In this document: positions 26,494 through 38,400 of the stretch, in pieces
Layout of the letters: each line of letters begins with the position of its first letter
Numbering within the stretch: the first letter of the stretch is position 1
IMG/VR virus record: IMGVR_UViG_3300025057_000004
Span: 24,920-88,919 of that record
Direction: 5' to 3' (one strand)
Length of the DNA: 64,000 nt
DNA from: a virus
Made by a program: the position numbers and the translations under genes
The notes under the pieces: generated by a model
Told to the model about the DNA's origin: nothing
The model's input: only the letters and a program-made list of their open reading frames with translations
Databases searched by the model: none

Positions 26494-29400
26494 TTATCCG
26501 TAACATTTTTTAAGGTATTGATCAAGAAGATTAAGACCACTCTTACCTTCTGAATCCCATTTATTAACCCATTCTTTTAAAACATCAGCAGTAGTATCTG
26601 GATGTTTTGCGTTTATTTGATCTTGATACTTTTCAAATAACTTTTCAATAGCTTCGTTTTGCACAGTACCAACCTCTGTAAAATTATTGAGTATTGCTTC
26701 AAGTATCATATAACCAGTTCGAGATGTTGATCCTACAAGATTTTTTAATTGTACTTTTTTATCATTAGGTAAAGCTTCTATCTTTTGAATAAAAGGATGT
26801 GTCTTTACCTCTTTTACATTCTCTACAGGTCTTATCTCATTAATGTTAAAATCAGGAATGATATTCATCATTTCAATCATTGTTTGAGCAATACCTACAT
26901 CTGATATATTAAGATCTTTAGCCTCTGTTTCTTCTTTTGTGGGAATATATTCAAGAGATGCCATTTGAGATACTAAAGGTTTATTTAATACTGCAGAATC
27001 ATAGTCAAACTCCATCATTTCATTATGCAGACCTAATGGTTGAACTTGCTCATATATTATATAATCTCCTTCAGATTCAATCGCTTTCATTAATGCTGAC
27101 CGCATTCCTTGCTTGTCATTTATGACAGTCTTTATGTATTGAAGTTGAAATGTTTCACCTTTTTCTTTTTTTGTAACATCTTCATACCATACTTTTTGTC
27201 TGTAAGTACCGTTTACTTTATACGGCTTTACTTCATCAGGATTAATATATTTTACAAAACTAAAGCTTCTATACATATTTCTTAATATCTGATCTATCAT
27301 TTGCAAAACTACAGGTCCAGAATTTTCATAATCAAACATATCTTTAGAATATATGTCTTCAATAGATTCCACAAATCTTTTCTTTCCTGGCTCTCTTAAA
27401 TCTGAAGTGTACATAACAGGAATCATATCAGTAAACTTAAATGGAGTTACTACATATCCTGAAGTCGCAAAAGCATATTTAACAAGGTCATTTGCAATTT
27501 TTGAAACATTAGGATCAGAATCATTAATCATACTATACCAATCATTCTTAATATCGGTCTGTTGTATCTTGTCAACTCCATTTCTTGTAAACTTCATTAT
27601 AGCAAGTGCTTTCTGTTGTTTTGAAGGTATTGCCATGAAATGTCTAAGAAAAGGTACATACGGACTATCCTCATTTGCAGATATAAAATTACTTATCTCA
27701 GAAGGAAGATTTTCTATTACACGTTTTAGTTCAACAGGTTTGAATGTTTCATAAGATGTAGCTATCAGCGTTTCAATAGCACGATAAATCTTATTTGTAT
27801 CATCTGGATTTATAGATCTACCTTCAGGTGCAATATATTGTTTTATTGTCTTTTCTGTAAAATTGAAAATGTTAAATTCATCTGTACTAGCATACGGAAT
27901 ATTTGTAACTTCCCCTATAATTTTAACAGCTTCTTTTAAACCATATTCTCTAAAGGCTGCAACATATCGTTCTGGGTTTGATTCAATATCTGATATAAGT
28001 TGTCTAAAACCTGCAATACCTTTTACTTCTAAAGCACTGTCGTATCGATCAAGTTTATTTTTTGTATGAGCTACAGTAGGTCCTGCTGCATTTTTACTTG
28101 AATCATATCTCATTGCAGACATTACAGTTTTAAGATCTGATGCTTGATTGTTCATTAGGTTTCTGAATGAACTGATAACGTTAAGTCTAAGCTTTATCTC
28201 ATTAAGATCTTTCTCTTTAATAAGATCTTCAGTACTCATATTTGATTTTTTAATTGAATCAAGAAGATTACCTTTTTTAGTTTTTCTGTCGTAAGTAAGA
28301 TATAAAGAGCTTAATCCTTTATCTAAAATCTTATCTGCTTGGGTACTTCCTGCAACTTTTCTAAGAGCGACCTTAAGCTCTGATTCAATTTCATTGATTG
28401 TATCATTTATTGTGCTGCTATATGTATTACCTGCTTTAGACAATCTATTTGTAAAGTCTTTAAGCGTAGGATTTGCGGTAAACATCATTACTGATTCAAT
28501 AGGATGTCCCACACGAACCATTGAGGCAACAAGGTCTGCTGTAATAGTTGTTACATTTAAGAATGAAGCAACAGGGTCTTTACCGTTATCAACAGCAGCA
28601 GCAAGGAACTCTTTAAGGTCTGCAATGTTAACATCACCTACCATCATTTGACTAAGACCTGCAAGTTCTTTACCATTGAACTTTATTGGTTTTGTAAATG
28701 CTACATTACCAAGAGTCATAAGAGAATGATTGACCGTATGGTTTGCAAAGATTCCGATAAGATCAAGACCTGTCATCATACGATTATGAATCTCTCTAAC
28801 AGTAGAATTAAGCATTGGGTTGATCTGACCTTTATCTGCACCTTGTGCTTTAAGAATCATATCTACAAGGTCTTTTAATGTTTCAAATCCACCAGGAGTT
28901 GTCTGCTCAACGGCAGTTCTTTTATTTGAAAGTATAGAAAATGCAATATCAAGTTTTAAATTATCTCTGCCTTTTTTAGTGTCCATACTGGATTCTACCT
29001 TTCGCAAAGACTTTTTAGTAAATACATTTTCATCGGCATTCCATCTCAGACCTTCTTTAGCTGCAAATTCTCTACGTGCTCTTGCGTCATCAAAATTTGG
29101 AATATTCTTTCTTATGATGTTTCTTCCTAATTTCTTAGAAAAATTAGATGAGTTTATATAATTCTGATATGCAATTTCTTTTTCAGGAAGAGGTTGACCA
29201 TATACTTCTATATTGTACAATAGACCGTACAATTTATCAATATCGAAGTCAAGACCTGCAAGAGTAGTAGCTTCATCAGGTAGAATAATTTGCCCTGCAA
29301 CACCTTGAGGTAGGAATCCTATGACCTTAATATGGAACATAGAATACTTATGCTCTGTAGGAATACGATAAAATACACCTTTAAGTAGATCAGGTTCTAT

Positions 29401-32400
29401 TTCTTCGATCTTTTTGATATCAATGAATCCATTTTCGTCAGCATAATCTAACAATGCTTCAGACGTAACAGGCATGATAGCTTCCATATATTCGATACCT
29501 CCATCTTCACTCCATTTGATCTTAGGTTTTCTAAGCCCTTTAGGATTCTCATTTTCAAACCCCCAAGAAGAAGCATTGTACAACGAAGCACCTGCAGACT
29601 TATCAGTTCTTTGTTTTGTTACTCTATTCTTAAAGAAAGAGTTCATCATACTTTCAACCTGATACACAATATCAGGATGCCATAATGGAAGAACAGTTAC
29701 TTGAGATGCTTTTTTTAGATTACCGTTTTCATCAACAGTATATCCTTCATTATTTTCAAGAAAATCAAGAGCTGTAAGAAAATCATCTGGAAGTTCCTGT
29801 TCAATAGCTTGTTCTCTAAGTGCTGTAAGAATTTTGTTATTATCAGGAAGACCTGTTTCTTCATCGTAGAATAACTTCTTAAGTTCTTCATACGATTCCT
29901 TTACATTCAGGTATACAGCTTCGTTGAAATCTTTTACAAGTTTATCACCTTTTACTTTAGTACCATCAGGTAAAGTATATTCAGCATTAGGGTCTACATT
30001 CTCAATAATAAGCTTTCTGTATTGAGTACCCTCCATAATATCTGTATCAATATGATGCTCTGGTGTTTCCATCTGAATACGATAATTCGCATTTTTAAAT
30101 GTATGAGCATCTGTTTCTACAGCATCTTCAATATTATCAATCGTACCTTTTTCTCCAACCTTAACTGCTGTTGTATACATAACAGCATCGGTAATACGCT
30201 TAGATGAATCGTATGTCCAAGAACCGTCTTTTTTAAATACATACCCAAACTTTTCCATCATTTTTTCAAGCTTTGGATTACCTACAGCCATAGATGGTGT
30301 GATTAAAAATTCAGCATTCTTGTGTTGTACTGGATTGAATCGTGTAGTATTATTCGTATCAGTACTTTTTTCAAACATGAATTGGAAAGGTTTGTAAACG
30401 ATCGATGTAGCTTCTTCTCCTATATGTCTGATAGTTTTTCCTGTCATCAAAGAATCATACATTTCATATAAAGAGGCATTGAGACCTTTAGAACCCAAAT
30501 GTATCTCTCTTGCTCTTATGGGGTCTATGATCGTAGCAGCATCTGTATTGTTCAGTTTTGAAAAAGCATCGATTATCTGATCTTTTTTAGGATTGTTCTT
30601 ATGAACACGTTCAAGTTCTTTTATGCTTTCAGATACAATGTTTTCTACTTCACCTGGATCTTTTACATATATTACTTTATAATCATTTCTTACTTTTACT
30701 TTTTCTGAGGTCTCTCCTTCTTTAACATGTGTATATACAGCATCTGTATTGATATAGTCACCTGGTGACCATATCTCTTTAATACGTTTATATACATCTG
30801 TAAAATCAGTCAGACCGTCTTTTCCAGCTTTATAAAAAGCAGTGTCACCACCGAAAGTAACAAGGGTCTGAATGTTCATAACCATCGTATTATAAACGTA
30901 TTGAGTAAGATTATCTCTTCTTACTTTTTCGTCAAGAATACGCTCATCTAGCATATCTGTAGCATCATTACCGTCTTTATCAAATATGCCTTCTTCTATT
31001 AAAGATCTCAGTTCACTGTTCAAATTTTCTTGAATCATATTCATTACAGCATCTTCAAACTGACTTTCTGTAGAAAGATCCATATCATTGAGTCCTCTGA
31101 ATATCTGATACTTAAGACCATTCTTAAGCATGTTGTATTCAATATCTTTTAGTTGTTCAGGTAATTTTGCTTTTTCTTTATAAGGCTTGTTGCGATCATT
31201 TTGATCTGCTAACCACTTGTTGTACTCTTTTTGTACAGGTTTTATTCTACCTTCTAACCATTCAATACGTTCTCGTTCCTGTCTTGCAGAATCTACTAGT
31301 GCAGCTTTTGCCTCTTCAGTAGTATACTTCTTAAATCTTAGGAACGCAGACGATGTAGAATCTGAGAATATAGGCATCATAAAATACCCATATGCAGTAT
31401 CTGTTTTACCTCCAAATTGAAGATTGAAGAAAGCATTTATTTTCAATGCCTCAAGCTGTTGTCTTGTAAGTTTAGTATAAGGGATAGCACTTCCGTCATT
31501 TGTTCTTAATGTATCAAATACAGCCATTCGCATATTTCCTGCAAGATCTGGTATTTCAAGTATCTTACTTAAGAAAGGAGAATTTTTGTAAAAAGGATCC
31601 TGCATCCTTTCTTCAATGTAAGCATCTCTTTCTTTTTTGTTTGGATTTTGCAGTTCACGCATAAAGTTCTGCATAAATCGTGATTGTAGAAATGAATAAG
31701 CAAGTTCTCCTTCTCCAGTTCTGAATGATGATTGATATGTTTCAGGATACGCTATCATATAGACTTCCATCATATCATTAAAGTTATCACTAGCTTCCTT
31801 ATTACCGTCATAAGGATTTTCTCCTTTTTTGATCCTGTTCATATAATATGTAAGACCAGAAGCAAACTGCAGGAATCTCTCTTTACCACCTTTTACATTT
31901 TCTCCATTATCAGGAGTAGAGAACATATCGATTACTTCATTTCTTGTAACAGGTATGTTCAAAAACTTTAAAACGTTATATATTTCACCTGCTTGAGATC
32001 TTGATATGTTACCTTCTTTATCAAGCCTTTCTGTTTTCTTCTTTTTTTCTATATCATCAACAATACGTGATAATACTTCGTACTTTTCATCAAACCTAGC
32101 AGTAGGTGCAATAATATTATTTGATACATCATAGAACGGAGAATCGAAGAAGTTCTGTTGCCAAGTAGCTTTTAAATCTTTTCTTGCATCCTTCTCATTA
32201 CCTATAAATGTACGGGTTCGTTTACCATCATTTTGCAATACAAGGAATGGTGTAAATTTTCGCTGCCCAATGTTTTTCCAAAACTCTGTTGCTATTGTAG
32301 AATCTTCACTGGTCAATGCATTTTTAATAACCTTATATCCTGGATTATAATTGATAAGATCATCTAACTTTCTTTTCATATCCTCAAGATTCTTTGAGTC

Positions 32401-35400
32401 TGAAAGTCTTGAACTTAACTTATTGAATACATGTGCAGGAGTTTCAAATACAGGAAACCCTCCGAACTTAGCATTCTTTACAGGAACCATTGAAAAAAGA
32501 GCTTTTGATTTTTGAGAAAACTTTTCTTTTGCAGAAATGAATTTCTCTTTTACCATCCAGTTTTCAATTACATCTTCTGTTTCTTCTAAAAGGTCTGATT
32601 CCTCAATATTATCATTTGTTGTGTCTACACTACCTGTATCATAAGCCATTCTGATACCGTAGTATTGTAATGAACGTGCTGCTTTAATATACAGACGTTT
32701 CATTTTAAGAGTATTACCTTCTTCTGTAGCAAAACTATTAAGCAACCTACCAAGAGTTTTCCTATCATTTTCACTACGTCTTTTATCCTCAGATGCAGTT
32801 TTAAGGAACTGATACACATTAGTATATAAAGCCTGTACTGAATATCTTGGATCATTATCACGAATACCTTTTTTAATGATTGCTTTTATTATTTCAGTAT
32901 CATCTGCATGAGGCATATTAAGCAGGGTTTTATATCTTGGTAATACATCACTTATAAGTATACCATTCATTAAACGTTTTGCTACATCTGCTTCACGTGC
33001 ATTTAACAACCCATTATTTTCTATTTCCTTTGGTCTAAAACGAGTGACGCTGTTTCTGAATTTTACATTACCTATTTTACGGATAAGACCTTTGTTGTAA
33101 AGACCCCTACTTACACGATACATATAATCATTCATAGAAGCAGGACTTGCAAAACCTACACGTTCTGCAGCAATACGTATCATATGCCATAGGCGTTTAA
33201 AGAAATCAGCAACTTTTGCAGGAAGCGTGTGTGCGCTTGCACCTTCTGACAACTGATATTCCATATATTCATCTGCCCAATACTCTTCAATAGCAACAGC
33301 TCCTTTTGCTTTTGTAGCACCTTCTTCAAGAATTTGTTTACGTTCAGCATCAGTAAGCATAAGGTTGAATACAACGTGAAAAGCTTCGTGATATAATGTT
33401 CCTGTTTTAGCATTTGTTGCTATGAATACAGAAGCATTACGGAACATTCCCCACAACTCAGGACCTCCTTTACCTACAACTTCACGAAGGTCATCAAGGA
33501 CTTCCAACGGTACATTCGGATAGTTTTTTTTGAACCATGCTACTTCTTTTTCTTGATCCCATAATTCATATGAACCATCAGGGTCAGTAATTTCTCTAAG
33601 TCTTTTAACAACATCAGACTCTGAAAATGGCTCGTTATCATCATCATCTTTCTTTTTATCTTCCTCCTCTGTAGGTTCTTGACCTAAAGTATCAAGTGAT
33701 GATGTTTGACCTGTAAAATCAATAGCAGTATTCATAGACACATTTACAGTAGGTTCTTCTGCAGATACATCATTCTGTTCTGTCTGCTTTGCAACTTCCT
33801 GTATACGCTCTTCTACTTCTTTTGCACGACCTTCAAGAATTTTTTGTTCACGGATTGATAACCCTTCGCCTTTAATAATCTTATCAGCAATAGTATTTAT
33901 ACGAGCTTGATCTACTGTACCATCATTTACAAAAGCATCGTATTCTTTTTTAGAAATAACTTCCCCTTCTTCTGCTGCTTTCTGTTGCGCATCAAATTCC
34001 TGTGCTCTTTTAACAGCAGCTTCATAAGTAGGTAAGTAGTCTCCAATAATACCTTCACCTTCATATTCTACATCAAATAAACCATCAGTTTCATATATAG
34101 ATGCCTTCTCTGGCACTTGAAGTTCTGTTGTAGTTGTTTTAGTAAGTAGTCTTTCTAAATCTTTATATTCTTTACTTGCTTTTACTTCCGCTTCTGCTTG
34201 GTCATATTCTTCTCTACTTTCAAAAGCATCTGGAGGAGGGAGCATTGCATCCATTGCGGCTTTAATTGTAGCTCGTTCTGCTTCTGCTATTCCTTGTTCT
34301 CCAGATTCTGCTTCTCTAAGTTGTTGTGTTGCTGTAGATCGAGCAGAAGTTTGTTGTGTTGGCTGTACAGGTGCAGGTACTTCTCCTGCTTGTTCAAGTA
34401 TACTTGTTCTTTGCTTTGAATCTTTTATCCATTTTTCTTTGCCAGTATTTGATTTTGACATCGAAATAATACGATTATCAGAAAGAATCTTATATTCTGT
34501 ATTATTGTATGTAGCTGTTCTTATAGTACCCTGTTGTGTTTCATATCTTACAAGTGCTTTATTTACCACTGTTTCTTCAGTAACAGGATTACCAGAAGTC
34601 TTAAATGTCATCTCACCCGTCTGAGGGTTGTAGACAATAGTCATATTATTTACAGGTATATCTACAGTTCCTTCAGTAGTAGATTGAGATTTTAAAGCTG
34701 CTAGTTCTGCATCGTATTGTTTTATTAATCTATCTGCTATTTTTTGTCTTAAATTAAATATAATACTATTACCCTCTTTGCTATTTTTATTTCGTCTACT
34801 GAGTCCTCTAGAAAATTCTCTCCATTCATCTATAGAGATTTCTATAGAATCTGTTAATTTTTTACCTGTAATATCTATATAATAAGCTATAGTTTTATTA
34901 GAATCATGCCTAGAAGGAAAACTTAATTTATATTCATTATCTTTAAGTAATTCTGCTAATACTTTTCTTCTTTCTATATCAGCTTTCTTAGCATCAATAT
35001 CAGTAGTTGGTGCTGTTGTAGTATCAAACTCACCTCTTCTCCATGCAGCAAATGATTGTTTGTTATTACCGATTTCAGGAGCATCTGAAGTTCTATCATT
35101 AATATACGCAGCTATTGAATCCATCTCATTAACGAGAAATGCATATTCTCTAGAAATCTGCTCTATTGCTTGCTGCGCTGTTATCTTGCCACTTAAAACA
35201 TTTTGGATTTTGTTTTCAATACGTATTTCATGTCTTTTTGCATCTAGTCCTGTTGCAATCTCGTCACCCCACGATTGCCCTTCTTTTATTCTCGTTCTAA
35301 TAGAAATACCGTATCCTTTAGGTAAGTTACCCCTTTTAGCATTCTTTTTAGCAACATCTAAATCTTTACCAAGCTGTTTAAACTCAGCCACATTTTCTTT

Positions 35401-38400
35401 AGGAACAGTACCATCTTCTCCTCTTAGAGCTTGTCTTTTTTCTTCTATTTCTTTTACTTTATTTTCTAACTTCTCTTGTCTTTTTGTATCTGTATCACTA
35501 GTTTGTTGCGTAGGTTGTGCTTGAACTTTTGTAGCTTTGATATCAGGAACTGAATCAATATGCATAGTTATCATAGAGTTGATAAAAGGCATCTCAGGAT
35601 CAATATTCACTTCATACCATCCTTTTTTAGAAAGGTCAGCATTGTACGAACCTGTATTCATTTTATCAACATTGAATCGCATTACCTTTTTAGAAGCAAT
35701 ATCTTTTGCTTCAGCACGATTGATATAACCTGTCTTAAATACCCGAACACCATCTTTTCCTTGACGGTATTCTTTTATCTTTCCTTTATTTCCATCGTAA
35801 TAAAGAGTGTAAGGAATGTAATCAAGAGATTTTTTATTAAACTCTTTTATAGCTTGAAACTTTTGACTGACTGAAAGAGCAGGGTCTTCAATCTTATCAT
35901 AAAGAGCATCTATTAATGAGTTTACGACAGCTTGCTCTTTTGGTAATTGAGAAAGCTTTTTAGGCTTCATTCTTACAGGTTTAAAATCACCATTAGGTGT
36001 TTGAATAAGAATGAATACGTTACCTTTTTTATCTACAAGTTTAGAATTATCATTGTAATCTATATCTGTACCTTTAGGTAACTGAGACCTTGCGTTGTCG
36101 TCAATAAGTTTTACGGTACCATCGGCTGTAGTATCTGTAATGACTACAAGATAATTTTCATTTAAAATATGAGGAGGTATGGATTTCTTACTAAAAGTAG
36201 AATTGAATTTTTCATTTACACGACCTCCAGAACGTACAGTATCTATAGATGATTTGAATACCCCACCTGTTTGTCCTGAGTTTTTAAATTCATTGAATAT
36301 ACTTTGACGCAACTGTTTGATAGGGTCGGAGCCGAGTAGTCCTCTACTATTCTTTATCATACCCACCTTAAGTTCTTTCTCTACACCGTTAACCTCTGTT
36401 ACAAGACTTACCATGATAAGAAGGTCATCAGCATTACGAGCAGAATCTTTATTGAAATCAACATCTGCAGGTACTGAAAATATCAACTGCTTTCCAAGCA
36501 TATCTACAGAAGGATCATTCAACGCAGCAATCTCCTCATCTGTAAATACTTCAACATCAACACCATTTATTTTTACAGTGCTTTGAGCGTGTTTTACAGG
36601 AATACCTTCTTTAGTAAATAGTACACGCTGACCTGGAATAAAATCATCATAACCTAATTTTCTTGCATCCTCAATAGACATTCTTCTATTGTTCTCAGCA
36701 CCAATGAATTGTACAGTTCCTTCTTGAGCGTTATATACATATAGAGCGTTTTGCTGCGCAAGAAGCTTTGACATTGTACGACCTTCCTTTGCAGGATTCG
36801 CATCTTCAGAAGCATCAGCAGGAGGTTCATTACTTTCAGCATCCTGCATTTCAGTATAATTATCCTCCTTGTAATTTATTTCATCGTCCTCTTTTTGTTC
36901 CTGTTTTTTTTGAAGTTCAGATGTAAGGTCTTTGTATACCTTTCTCACATCAGCATTATTGCTATATAAATTGTAAAACTCTTCAGCAGTTTCTACTTTG
37001 TCAAGAGCACTTATTGCTTTTGTGTTTCCTTTGGCAAGAGCCTTCATTTTTTGAATCTCTCTATACAATAAAGGTGTAGAACGATAACGCTGTTTAAAAT
37101 CCTGCTCAAATGTTTCAGAACCTTCTTGTGGAATTTCACTTGACATTTCAGCAAGAGTTGCAACCCCCTCAAGCTTTTTCATAAGGTCACTATAACCTGG
37201 AGTATCCTTTTCGTTCACAAGAGATTTTACAGCATTCATCGTCATGCTAGGTCTGATACTACGTTTTGTCATATCAAGCTGACGTTGCTCATGCTCTTTT
37301 TGAATTTCTGCTTTACCTTCTACTGTATTTGCATTTTGAATAACACGCTGCGACTCTTGCTGACGCAGGTCAACATAAGCTTCTTGATCATTCATATTAG
37401 CAAGGTCTACATCTCTTGACGTTGTAGGAATTACAGCATCTCCTGTACGCTCTTCAAGTTGTTGTTTTTCTTCAGCAATCTCTTTTTCTAACTGCTCAAT
37501 TTTATTATCAAGATAAGATACGACACCCTCAGAACCTTCTTTCTTTCCTACTTGCTCTTTATATTTATCTCGGTATTTCTTATAACTATTAAGTTTATAT
37601 TCTTTATTTTTTATACTGAGCTGATTTGTATCTATCTGATTTGATATTTCTTCTTCAATCTTTGTTTTTTCAGCAGCAATAACGTCATTTGCCTGTGCAA
37701 GCTTATGCTTTTCATATAAAGAACCTAACTCTTCAATCTTAACAACATTATCTTTAGAAGCGTCTTCTGTAAGTCTTGAATACTCTCTCTCCAAAAAGTC
37801 AAGATCAGAAAGTATTTCAGCATCTTTTTTTCTTTTATCTTCTATCTGTTCTGGAGTAAGTCCTTCTGCTTCAAGCTCTTGATCTGTTTTATCTGCAAGA
37901 TCCTGATAAAAACTTCTAAGTGAAGAAAACTTACCTGCATTACCATATTGAACAGCTTGGTTCATAAGAATAGAACCGTCTACAAGATATGAGTTAGTAA
38001 CGTCTAATTTATCTAAGAATGTACGTTTAGCAAGATCAGCATCCTGTGCTTCATATACTCCTGCTAATCTGTTATATAATTGACCTGTACTACCAGCAGC
38101 TTTAAAGAATGTTCCACCTACAGCACCTAATAAAGCAGATGCCTGTGCTTCAGGATCTTTTACATAATCTGACATTCTTCTGTCAAGACCTTCAAGTTCA
38201 AAGAAACTTCTATCGTTCTTTGCTGCTCTTGCTGATTCCTGTGATATTACATACTGTCCAAACTCTTCAAGACCTTCCCCTGCTGCATTCTTAATATAAT
38301 CATACCCTCCTTTTGCAAGTTGTTTTCTAAGACCTTTAGCAGCAGGTGCTGCGTAATTCAATCCTTTTGTGAGAGAACCGTATTGAACAAGATCTGTAGC

